Of a stretch of DNA of 36,195 bases, positions 28,353 through 36,195 are shown one piece after another. The DNA is from an uncultured Sphingobacterium sp. (lineage in GTDB: Bacteria; Bacteroidota; Bacteroidia; Sphingobacteriales; Sphingobacteriaceae). The stretch's first letter is position 1. Each line of letters begins with the position of its first letter. The position numbers and the translations under genes were made by a program. The stretch spans positions 1 through 36,195 of the forward strand of contig CAYJAM010000001.1 of assembly GCA_964367725.1 (NCBI GenBank), read 5' to 3'. Below the pieces are notes generated by a model. That model searched no databases, was not told the DNA's origin, and was given only the letters and a program-made list of their open reading frames with translations.

Positions 28353-31300
28353 ATGAATATCAAGAAAATACTGATAGCAAACAGGGGAGAGATTGCCATC
28401 AGGATTAGTCGCGCCTGTAATGAATTGAATATACAGACTGCGGCTATTTATACTTACGAAGATCGTTATTCTCTTCATCGTTACAAGGCGGATGAAGCCT
28501 ATCAGATTGGAGAGGATAATGACCCTTTAAAACCCTACCTTGATATTCAGGCCATTATTGAGATGGCTAAATACTGTAAAGCTGATGCAATCCACCCCGG
28601 ATATGGCTTTTTATCAGAAAATCCTGAGTTTGCCTTACAGTGCGCTGAAAATGGAATTATTTTTATCGGGCCAAGGCCTGATGTGATGATTGCCCTGGGC
28701 GATAAAATTACTGCAAAGACTGTTGCTAAAAATGCACAAATCCCTATCATTGAAAGCAACGAACCAGACCTGATCAGCCTTGAAATTGCACTTTCGGAAG
28801 CTGAACGCATCGGTTTCCCTATGATTTTAAAGGCAGCTTCGGGTGGTGGTGGACGTGGTATGCGGGTTGTCAGGACAGAAGAAGAACTGAAGAAAGCCTT
28901 CCCGGAAGCCAAAAGTGAGGCTAAGAATGCCTTTGGTGATGATACTGTTTTCCTTGAGAAATTCATTGAGCGCCCGCGACATATTGAAGTTCAGATCGTT
29001 GCTGATAGCCATCAGAATGTGATGCACCTGTATGAGCGAGACTGTTCGGTTCAAAGACGTTTCCAGAAGGTTGTAGAGGTAGCACCTTCCTTGAATTTGA
29101 AGGATGAGACCCGCGAGAAATTATATCACTATGCTGTAAGCATCGCGAAAGCTGTTAATTACAATAATGTTGGAACAGTTGAGTTCCTTGTCGATTCAGA
29201 TGAGCACATCTATTTCATTGAAGTTAATCCGAGGATACAGGTAGAGCACACTGTTACAGAAATGATCACCGGTATAGATCTGATCAAAACCCAGATTTAT
29301 ATTGCTGATGGTTATAAACTATCAAGTCCGGAGATCGGCCTTCCGGATCAGGCTCATGTCATGAAGAATGGTTTTGCGATGCAATGCCGTATCACCACTG
29401 AGGATCCATCAAACGGATTTAAGCCTGATTATGGAACACTGATCACCTACCGTAACGCAACTGGTTTTGGGGTGCGTTTGGATGAGGGAAGTACCTATCC
29501 GGGAATGAAGATCAGTCCGTTTTTTGATTCCATGCTGGTTAAAGTAAGCACTCAGGGTGCGACTTTAGTTGATGCAGCACGTAAAATGAACCGTGCATTG
29601 CGTGAATTCAGGATCAGGGGTGTAAAAAATAATATTCAGTTCCTCGAGAATCTGATCAATCATCCTGTTTTTGTTGAAGGCAAGGCTACCGTTAATTTTA
29701 TACAGGAATATCCTGAATTGTTTGCCATTACCACCGGACTTGACCGTGGAACACGTGTTCTGTCCTTCCTTGGTGATATTTCCCTGAACGGAAATCCCGA
29801 TGTAAAAAACTTTGATCCGAAAGTACGCCTTGAAAAACCACCTATTCCAGAGTTTGATCATATGGCCCCTTATCCAAAGGGTACCAAAGATATGCTTACT
29901 GAATTGGGTGCTGAAGGATTTTGTACCTGGCTGAAGAACGAGAAGAAGATCTATTATACCGATACAACTTTCCGGGATGGCCATCAGTCATTGCTGGCTA
30001 CCCGTATGCGTACCTATGATATGCTAAAGGTTGCCGAAGCTTATGCTAAAGATCATCCGCAAACCTTTAGTATGGAAGCCTGGGGCGGTGCAACTTTTGA
30101 TGTATGCCTGAGGTTCCTTCATGAAGATCCGTGGATCAGATTACAGAAGCTGAGGGCCGCAATGCCTAATATCCTGATTCAGATGCTGATCAGGGGTTGT
30201 AATGGTGTTGGATATTCAGCCTATCCGGATAACCTTGTGGAATCATTTGTTCAGAAAAGCTGGGAGAATGGCGTGGATGTATTCCGGATATTCGATTCCC
30301 TGAACTGGATGGAAAATATTGCACCATGTATCGATATGGTACGCAAAACTGGAGGAATTGCGGAAGGTGCATTATGTTATACCGGAGATATTCTGGATCC
30401 AAAACGCACCAAGTATAACCTTGACTATTATTTACGCCTGGCCAAAGATCTTGAAAATGCGGGATCACATATTCTGGGTGTTAAAGACATGTCGGGTTTG
30501 CTGAAACCATACGCAGCCAAAGTATTAATTGAGGCATTAAAGGATACGGTTAAGATTCCAATCCACCTTCATACCCACGATACGTCCTCATTGCAATCGG
30601 CAACCTATATGCAGGCTATTGATGCAGGAGTAGATGTAGTGGATTGTGCTTTGGGCGCATTATCAGGTATGACCTCTCAGCCAAATTTCAACTCTATCGT
30701 TGAAATGATGCGTTTTCATGAGCGTGAGAACCCTTACAATGTTAAATCGTTGAATCAGTTCAGTAATTACTGGGAGAGTGTCCGCGATTATTATCATCCT
30801 TTTGAATCCGGCATGAAATCCAGCTCAGCTGAAGTATATCAGCATGAAATTCCGGGCGGCCAGTATTCCAATCTGAAACCTCAGGCAATTGCTTTAGGTC
30901 TGGGAGATAAGTTTGAAGAGATCAAGGAGCGTTATGCCGATGTAAATGAGATGTTTGGTGATATCGTTAAGGTTACACCAAGCTCAAAAGTCGTTGGTGA
31001 TCTTGCTCAGTATATGGTTGCAAACAATATCAGTAAAGAAGATATATTTACAAAGGGAGATCAGATCTCTTTCCCTGAATCTGTTGTTTCTTATTTTATG
31101 GGAGAACTTGGACAGCCTGAAGGGGGATTCCCTAAGGAGCTACAGCGGATTATTCTTAAAGGTAAGATACCTCTAACCGAGCGTGCAGGTAAACATATTC
31201 CTGCCCTGGATCTGGAGCAGGATTTTAAAGATTTTAAGAAGAAGTTCGGTGAGGATCTTCCATACACAACCTACCTTTCTTATAAGTTCTATCCTAAAGT

Positions 31301-31796
31301 GACCGAAGATTACCTGCTTATGTTCAGGAAATATGGTGATGTGGATGTTGTTCCGACTAAGTATTTCCTTTACGGGATGAAGCCGGGCGAGGAAACTACA
31401 GTGCAAATAGCCCCGGGTAAAACCCTGCTTGTCAGGCTTCAGTCTATTGGCCCAGCGGATGATAAGGGAATGCGGACAGCCTTCTTTAAATTAAATGGGC
31501 AGACCAGGAATATTGAAGTTCAGGACAGGTCGATTAAGGTGATACGCCAGGAGAACAGAAAGGCTGATAAGGATAATGAACGTCATGTTGCTTCACCTTT
31601 ACAGGGCATGCTTTCCAAAGTTTTTGTTAAAAAGGGGGATGAAGTGAAGAAAAATCAGCCTTTGTTTATGGTCGAGGCCATGAAAATGGAAACCAATATT
31701 GCAGCAAATAATGATGGTATTGTTGGAGATATTATTTTAACCCCGGGCACATTGGTAAATACGGATGATTTGGTGCTGGAGATAGCAGGGAATTAG
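28353..31796 (+). CDS. pyc: Pyruvate carboxylase
   Basis: Biotin carboxylase (ANRGEIA, GGGGRGMR, ERDCSVQRR), carboxyltransferase (DTTFRDGHQS, HLHTHD) and biotin carrier (EAMKME) domains. Confidence 0.98.
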   Translation: MNIKKILIANRGEIAIRISRACNELNIQTAAIYTYEDRYSLHRYKADEAYQIGEDNDPLKPYLDIQAIIEMAKYCKADAIHPGYGFLSENPEFALQCAENGIIFIGPRPDVMIALGDKITAKTVAKNAQIPIIESNEPDLISLEIALSEAERIGFPMILKAASGGGGRGMRVVRTEEELKKAFPEAKSEAKNAFGDDTVFLEKFIERPRHIEVQIVADSHQNVMHLYERDCSVQRRFQKVVEVAPSLNLKDETREKLYHYAVSIAKAVNYNNVGTVEFLVDSDEHIYFIEVNPRIQVEHTVTEMITGIDLIKTQIYIADGYKLSSPEIGLPDQAHVMKNGFAMQCRITTEDPSNGFKPDYGTLITYRNATGFGVRLDEGSTYPGMKISPFFDSMLVKVSTQGATLVDAARKMNRALREFRIRGVKNNIQFLENLINHPVFVEGKATVNFIQEYPELFAITTGLDRGTRVLSFLGDISLNGNPDVKNFDPKVRLEKPPIPEFDHMAPYPKGTKDMLTELGAEGFCTWLKNEKKIYYTDTTFRDGHQSLLATRMRTYDMLKVAEAYAKDHPQTFSMEAWGGATFDVCLRFLHEDPWIRLQKLRAAMPNILIQMLIRGCNGVGYSAYPDNLVESFVQKSWENGVDVFRIFDSLNWMENIAPCIDMVRKTGGIAEGALCYTGDILDPKRTKYNLDYYLRLAKDLENAGSHILGVKDMSGLLKPYAAKVLIEALKDTVKIPIHLHTHDTSSLQSATYMQAIDAGVDVVDCALGALSGMTSQPNFNSIVEMMRFHERENPYNVKSLNQFSNYWESVRDYYHPFESGMKSSSAEVYQHEIPGGQYSNLKPQAIALGLGDKFEEIKERYADVNEMFGDIVKVTPSSKVVGDLAQYMVANNISKEDIFTKGDQISFPESVVSYFMGELGQPEGGFPKELQRIILKGKIPLTERAGKHIPALDLEQDFKDFKKKFGEDLPYTTYLSYKFYPKVTEDYLLMFRKYGDVDVVPTKYFLYGMKPGEETTVQIAPGKTLLVRLQSIGPADDKGMRTAFFKLNGQTRNIEVQDRSIKVIRQENRKADKDNERHVASPLQGMLSKVFVKKGDEVKKNQPLFMVEAMKMETNIAANNDGIVGDIILTPGTLVNTDDLVLEIAGN

Positions 31797-31830
31797 ATGT
31801 GAGATATGAGATGTGAGATGTGAGATGAAG
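31795..31830 (+). repeat. 7-mer tract (ATGTGAG)n
   Basis: ag atgtgag atatgag atgtgag atgtgag atgaag begins at the pyc stop. Confidence 0.85.
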
Positions 31831-31853
31831 TTCATCCTGCCTCGGGATGACAG
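31830..31853 (-). repeat. TGTCATCC-type palindrome
   Basis: Minus strand CTGTCATCCCGAGGCAGGATGAAC; the first 14 nt match 20552-20565 at 13 positions. Confidence 0.6.
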
Positions 31854-31897
31854 AGAGTGGAGAATGACTATTAATTTGACATTTAGCGGCACATCCC

Positions 31898-31926
31898 TGG
31901 CAACCGGCAACAGATAACAGACAACT
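31898..31926 (-). repeat. Degenerate 7-mer tract
   Basis: tggcaac cggcaac agataac agacaac on +, abutting the stop codon at 31929. Confidence 0.65.
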
Positions 31927-31928
31927 CA

Positions 31929-32984
31929 TTATCCCATTTTCTTTCCAACAATCTGGTGCAGACTTTCAAAAACCAGTTTCCCCATCGTATCACAGCTTTT
32001 GAAAGCTGGGTTCTTATGGTAGGATGCAAGTTCTTTGCCTAGCTGTATGACTTTTTCTTCCGGTGCTATGGTATCAGTATTCATAACTTCGAACAGATCC
32101 TGCAGCCGGTAGTATCCTGAGCGGAAACGGTTAGCAATCAGACTTCTTTCTTCTTCCTGGTACTGCCGCATGGTAGTTAGATCCATATGCTGCATCCCAA
32201 GCTGAACCAGGGCCAGATTTTCCTTGAAATAATGCGGAAGGTACATTTTTAGTCTCCCTTCATAGGATTGTTGATCAAAGTCGATTGCCCTGAAACGGTA
32301 TTGATTGCCTTCAATATCCGGAGTAATGTCAACGACGAAATTATAGGATCGCATATCCCCGAGCAACCTCACAAAACAGCGTTCATTGAATTTAACGAAC
32401 TCCTTACAAATACGGATCTGATTAAATTTTGAGGTGTTTAGGCTTCGCTTAATAAATTCATCACCAGGAAGACCGGGAATATGCTCCTCTATGAGTGTAT
32501 TCCCATCTGTCATATAAATTATCCGGTTAGGAGATAAAATATGCTCCAGTTCAAGTCCGTAGACACGCGATGCGTCCCCAACCTTGATGTAGAAATGATC
32601 ATAGTTATCATTCAGACGATTGATGATCCGCACCCTGAAAGGTCTTGTATTGGCGAAAGTGCAGTAATCGATACGCGCTACTGAAAGGTGTTCCATCACA
32701 GCGGTATCACCATCTGTATTCATCAGGGCATAGATGTAAGTGAGATTCGGGAACAGTTCCTTCATCTCACTTTCATCGTAATATACTGTGTACCAGAGCG
32801 TATCACGCCCTTCCTTATCCCGGAGGGGTGTTTTCAGATTGAAGCGAAGCAGATCTGTGTACTGAACCGGAAGTTTTACCTCCCGGTCGTATTTTATAAG
32901 ATAATCACGAAGCCCAGCCCTGATCGGGTAAAGAGTTTTTTTCTTTGAGGGGACAATACCTCTGGGCTCCTTTTGTACATGCAT
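31929..32984 (-). CDS. Hypothetical protein, probable atypical (HipA/PI3K-like) kinase fold
   Basis: Ordered motifs FANTRPF, FYIK, ELE, LLGDMRSYNF and AIDFD. Confidence 0.6.
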   Translation of the reverse strand: MHVQKEPRGIVPSKKKTLYPIRAGLRDYLIKYDREVKLPVQYTDLLRFNLKTPLRDKEGRDTLWYTVYYDESEMKELFPNLTYIYALMNTDGDTAVMEHLSVARIDYCTFANTRPFRVRIINRLNDNYDHFYIKVGDASRVYGLELEHILSPNRIIYMTDGNTLIEEHIPGLPGDEFIKRSLNTSKFNQIRICKEFVKFNERCFVRLLGDMRSYNFVVDITPDIEGNQYRFRAIDFDQQSYEGRLKMYLPHYFKENLALVQLGMQHMDLTTMRQYQEEERSLIANRFRSGYYRLQDLFEVMNTDTIAPEEKVIQLGKELASYHKNPAFKSCDTMGKLVFESLHQIVGKKMG

Positions 32985-32987
32985 ATT

Positions 32988-33182
32988 AGTTGACAGTTGA
33001 TAGTTGACAATTGACAGTTGTCAGAGATGTAGTACTAAATTGTCAAATTAATAGTTCATTACCAAATCCATGTCATCCCTCTTCGCGAAGGGCGGATCAG
33101 TATGACATCCTCTTTAATTTAGAGTACAAACTTAAAATGATTACGATATTCATTGTCAACTGTCAATTGTCAACTATCAATT
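32988..33182. mobile_element. MITE-like unit bounded by inverted (GACAGTT)n tracts
   Basis: Perfect 24-bp inverted repeat 32997-33020 / 33157-33180 enclosing a TGTCAT...ATGACA palindrome at 33070-33108. No target duplication recognised, so mobility is unproven. Confidence 0.45.
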
Positions 33183-33185
33183 AAA

Positions 33186-33890
33186 TTACTTTATTTCAAA
33201 CACCGCTCTCATCTGGTAATTCAGCTTAATCTTTTTGAAATCAATATCGGGCATGGCGGCTTCAGTTGTAGCCATTGCATCAGATTTCATCATCATGTTT
33301 GCACGATACATTGGCTGAGGATAATACTCATTATTGATTTCCTGGATCTCCATTGCTCCACCCAAAGTTCCCCCAATGGAAGTAATCAGATATTCTGCTT
33401 TGTTTTTAGCAGCCTGAAGTGCTTTTATTTTCAGCTCTTTTTTCAGGGTTTCAATTTTAGAATAGTCGTAGCTCTCAATATTGCTGTATTCTATTCCTTT
33501 AGGATCGACTGCGCTCATAATTTCATTGAATTTAGTCAGATCAGTGACTTTAATACGGTATTGCTTGCGGGCCAAAAAATCAGGTGCTTTCTTCTTTTCC
33601 CACCAGTTATTATAGCTGGAGATATTGTTGATCGTAAAATTTTCCTGAGGAATGCCTGCTTTTAAAACTGCCGACTGTAACTGACGTTCAAGTTCTTCGA
33701 TCTCAACTTTCTTCTTGTTATTTGAATCCCTGAAATATTCTTTCAATGACATTCCGATATAAATAATATCCGGTGTTACTTCAGCTTCTGCTGATCCGTT
33801 TACTTCAATTTTTCTTCGTGTGTCTATATTTTGGGAAAAGGCGCTTAAGCTGAATACACTTAAAAGAGCAATTGCTAATATGTTTTTCAT
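33186..33890 (-). CDS. SIMPL (DUF541) domain periplasmic protein
   Basis: Signal peptide MKNILAIALLSVFSLSAFS; IEVNGSAEAEVTPD, KALQAAKNKAE and C-terminal AVFEIK; ATG at 33890 preferred. Confidence 0.9.
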   Translation of the reverse strand: MKNILAIALLSVFSLSAFSQNIDTRRKIEVNGSAEAEVTPDIIYIGMSLKEYFRDSNNKKKVEIEELERQLQSAVLKAGIPQENFTINNISSYNNWWEKKKAPDFLARKQYRIKVTDLTKFNEIMSAVDPKGIEYSNIESYDYSKIETLKKELKIKALQAAKNKAEYLITSIGGTLGGAMEIQEINNEYYPQPMYRANMMMKSDAMATTEAAMPDIDFKKIKLNYQMRAVFEIK

Positions 33891-33924
33891 GTTTCTTTGT
33901 TTAATTAAATCTATATGTATGAGA

Positions 33925-33940
33925 TGAAAAATTCGTGCCA
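33925..33940 (-). promoter_or_regulatory. Candidate sigma54 promoter of the SIMPL gene
   Basis: TGGCACGAATTTTTCA on the minus strand, one mismatch to TGGCACG-N4-TTGCW, 34 nt before the ATG. Confidence 0.5.
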
Positions 33941-33950
33941 AATCCATAAG

Positions 33951-33988
33951 GAGAATTGAGAATTGAGAGTTGAGAGTTGAGAATTGGG
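33951..33988 (+). repeat. 7-mer tract (GAGARTT)5
   Basis: gagaatt gagaatt gagagtt gagagtt gagaatt ggg. Confidence 0.85.
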
Positions 33989-34022
33989 ATTGATTTTCAG
34001 CTAAAAATAAGTTATAAGCAAT

Positions 34023-34044
34023 AAAAAAGGCCTTTTTAAGGCCT
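34023..34044 (-). terminator. Intrinsic terminator of ileS-dksA-lspA
   Basis: Minus strand AGGCCTT-AAA-AAGGCCT followed by a T-run, just after the lspA stop. Confidence 0.6.
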
Positions 34045-34049
34045 CGATT

Positions 34050-34700
34050 TTATTCTTCAATACTTTCATTATTTGGAAAGACTTCTTCTTCTTTTTCTTC
34101 TTTGAAATATCGTTTCTGGTAAATGAGTATCAGAATTACACCGACAGAAATTGCCGAGTCGGCTAAATTGAAAACCGGACGGAAGAAAATAAATTCTTCA
34201 CCTGCCCAGAAAGGGAACCATTGCGGATAGATGCCCTGCAGTATCGGAATATAAAACATATCAACTACTTTACCATGGAACAGGCTTGAATAACCTCCTT
34301 CGGCAGGGAAAAGCACTGAAGGCTCATAATAGGAACTTTCATTGAATATGATACCATAGAAGGTAGAATCAATGATATTTCCCAGTGCTCCGGCAAATAT
34401 CAGCGCAAGATTCATGATCAGTCCGCGGTGATACTTCTTTTTAATTAAATGAACCAGCCCATAACCAATCCCGCAAACGGCCACAATACGGAACAAGGAT
34501 AAAGCAAGTTTTCCTGCTTCACCTCCAAACTCAATACCGAAAGCCATTCCATTGTTTTCGGTGAAATGTATAATCGCCCAGTTGCCAAATATTTTGTACT
34601 CCTGTCCTAAGGACATGTTAAGCTTAATCCAGAATTTTAAGGCCTGGTCGGCTAAAAGAATAAGAACAATTGCAACAAAGGGCTTGGTATAAGCTTTCAT
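34050..34700 (-). CDS. lspA: Lipoprotein signal peptidase II
   Basis: DQALK, ENNGMAFG, GALGNIID, VVDM and FNLADSAI motifs. Confidence 0.96.
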   Translation of the reverse strand: MKAYTKPFVAIVLILLADQALKFWIKLNMSLGQEYKIFGNWAIIHFTENNGMAFGIEFGGEAGKLALSLFRIVAVCGIGYGLVHLIKKKYHRGLIMNLALIFAGALGNIIDSTFYGIIFNESSYYEPSVLFPAEGGYSSLFHGKVVDMFYIPILQGIYPQWFPFWAGEEFIFFRPVFNLADSAISVGVILILIYQKRYFKEEKEEEVFPNNESIEE

Positions 34701-35084
34701 TTACGCCTGCTTCAATTTAGCTTCCATACTTAAAGTAGCATGCGGAACAGCACGTAAGCGTTCTTTCGGGATTAGTTTTCCGGTTTCTCTGCAAACGCCA
34801 TAGGTTTTATTTTCAATACGAACCAATGCACTTTCGAGGTTATCAATGAACTTTCTCTGGCGTGCCGCTAACTGATTGATTGACTCCTTTTCAAGGGTCG
34901 CTGAACCATCTTCAAGAGTTTTATAGGTTCCAGCAGTATCATCAGTCCCGTTCATATTCGGATTGCTTAACGATTGCGTTAAGGCAGCTAATTCTTCTTT
35001 TGAGCTACGTAGTTTCTCAATTATGAGATCTTTAAATTCCTGTAATTCTGTATCGGAATATCTAGTTTTTTCGTGCTTATCCAT
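34701..35084 (-). CDS. TraR/DksA-family transcription factor
   Basis: Coiled coil plus ALVRIENKTYGVCRETGKLIPKERLRAVPHATLS; lies between ileS and lspA. Confidence 0.92.
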   Translation of the reverse strand: MDKHEKTRYSDTELQEFKDLIIEKLRSSKEELAALTQSLSNPNMNGTDDTAGTYKTLEDGSATLEKESINQLAARQRKFIDNLESALVRIENKTYGVCRETGKLIPKERLRAVPHATLSMEAKLKQA

Positions 35085-35086
35085 TT

Positions 35087-36195
35087 CTATCCTTTATTTA
35101 TTTGTATTATTAAATTCTTATCATCTATACTTACAGTCTCACCCGAATCAAGATCTGCCACAAGCTCCAATGAGTCAGCCAGAATTTCCGCGCAAATATA
35201 GCTTAAATTATTTTTGAGGGCTTCGGAAATATAAGGATGGTCTTTCACCCGTACCCTGATCTTATCTGTCACCTCAAAACCAAGTTCTTTTCTTAGATTC
35301 TGGATGCGGTTTACCAATTCTCTTGAAATCCCTTCCTGCTTCAATTCTTCTGTAAGTGTAACATCCAAAGCAACCGTTAAGTTTCCAAGGTTTGCCACCT
35401 GCCATCCCGGAACATCTTCGGCAAGAACTTCTGCATCTGCAAGATCAACCACATATGAAGTTCCCGGTATAGCAATACTGCCTTCATTTTCAAGGCGACT
35501 GATATCCTGTTGCGACATCGTGTTCAATGCTTCTGCCACCAGTTTCATATCCTTACCAACTTTCGGGCCTAAAGCTTTAAAATTTGGTTTTATTTTTTTG
35601 CTGATGATTCCGGAGGTATCGGTAATGTATTCGATACTCTTCAGATTTGTCTCAGAGAGGATAAGATCTTTTACTTTCTCAACCTTTGTTTTAAAGCTTT
35701 TGTCCAGTACCGGGATCATCGCTTTACTCAATGGCTGTCTTACATTGATACTTACCTTTTTACGAAGCGAGAGTATCAGTGAGGAGATATCCTGTGCAAG
35801 AGCCATGCGTTCTTCCAGGTCTTTGTCTACAAGTGCCTCATTATAAACCGGGAAGTCTGCCAGGTGAACTGAAATAACCTTTTCTTTTCCGCTTGCTTTG
35901 TTCAGGTCTATGAATAAACGATCACTAAAGAATGGCGCAACAGGCGACATTAATTTGGCAATGGTACTTAAACAGGTGTAAAGTGTCTGGTATGCCGAGA
36001 TCTTGTCTTCGGTGTATTCACCTTTCCAGAATCTGCGGCGGCATAAACGCACGTACCAATTGCTCAAATGTTCGTCTACAAAATTCTGAATAGCCCGTGT
36101 AGCACGTGTTGGTTCAAAATCTGCGTAGTATTTATCTACCTCAAGACTCAGGGAATTCAATAAGGAAATGATCCAGCGGTCAATTTCAGGTCGGT
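35087..36195 (-). CDS. ileS: Isoleucine--tRNA ligase, C-terminal part (continues beyond the window)
   Basis: LSNWYVRLCRRRFW, SVHLADFP, VRQPL and EGISRELVNRIQNLRK (IleS type 2 C-terminus); the frame is open to the window edge. Confidence 0.96.
   Translation of the reverse strand, partial: RPEIDRWIISLLNSLSLEVDKYYADFEPTRATRAIQNFVDEHLSNWYVRLCRRRFWKGEYTEDKISAYQTLYTCLSTIAKLMSPVAPFFSDRLFIDLNKASGKEKVISVHLADFPVYNEALVDKDLEERMALAQDISSLILSLRKKVSINVRQPLSKAMIPVLDKSFKTKVEKVKDLILSETNLKSIEYITDTSGIISKKIKPNFKALGPKVGKDMKLVAEALNTMSQQDISRLENEGSIAIPGTSYVVDLADAEVLAEDVPGWQVANLGNLTVALDVTLTEELKQEGISRELVNRIQNLRKELGFEVTDKIRVRVKDHPYISEALKNNLSYICAEILADSLELVADLDSGETVSIDDKNLIIQINKG

Noticed and set aside
13204-33988. CRISPR array or DGR interpretation of the repeats
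   Set aside because: No regularly spaced 23-50 bp repeats with unique spacers, no cas or reverse-transcriptase gene, and no TR/VR pair seen.

Overview
AT-rich Bacteroidota chromosomal window; gene content and synteny suggest Sphingobacteriaceae (Pedobacter/Daejeonella-like), which is an inference. It is mostly core genes: the T9SS/gliding motor operon gldK(partial)-gldL-gldM-gldN, then porW/sprE-PBP1A-uvrC, an F1Fo ATP synthase operon lacking beta/epsilon (gene1, atpI-like, atpB,E,F,H,A,G), patatin, gldB, nadE, two paralogous repeat-tailed lipoproteins, a Tat-lipoprotein TIM-barrel isomerase, lnt, a PH/SHOCT protein, rsmI, serS, DUF4112, pyruvate carboxylase, an atypical kinase-like protein, a SIMPL protein and ileS(partial)-dksA-like-lspA. 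No tRNA, rRNA, CRISPR array, transposase or phage gene was seen. The unexplained signal is mainly intergenic: (1) a candidate orphan plus-strand structured small RNA at about 23050-23300 with its own terminator and a U-rich segment complementary to nearby translation-start regions; (2) short 7-mer tracts with a consistent strand polarity relative to stops and starts, co-located with TGTCATC-ended palindromes, including a 184-bp MITE-like unit with perfect 24-bp inverted ends; (3) an in-frame TAG six codons before the apparent natural end of porW/sprE.
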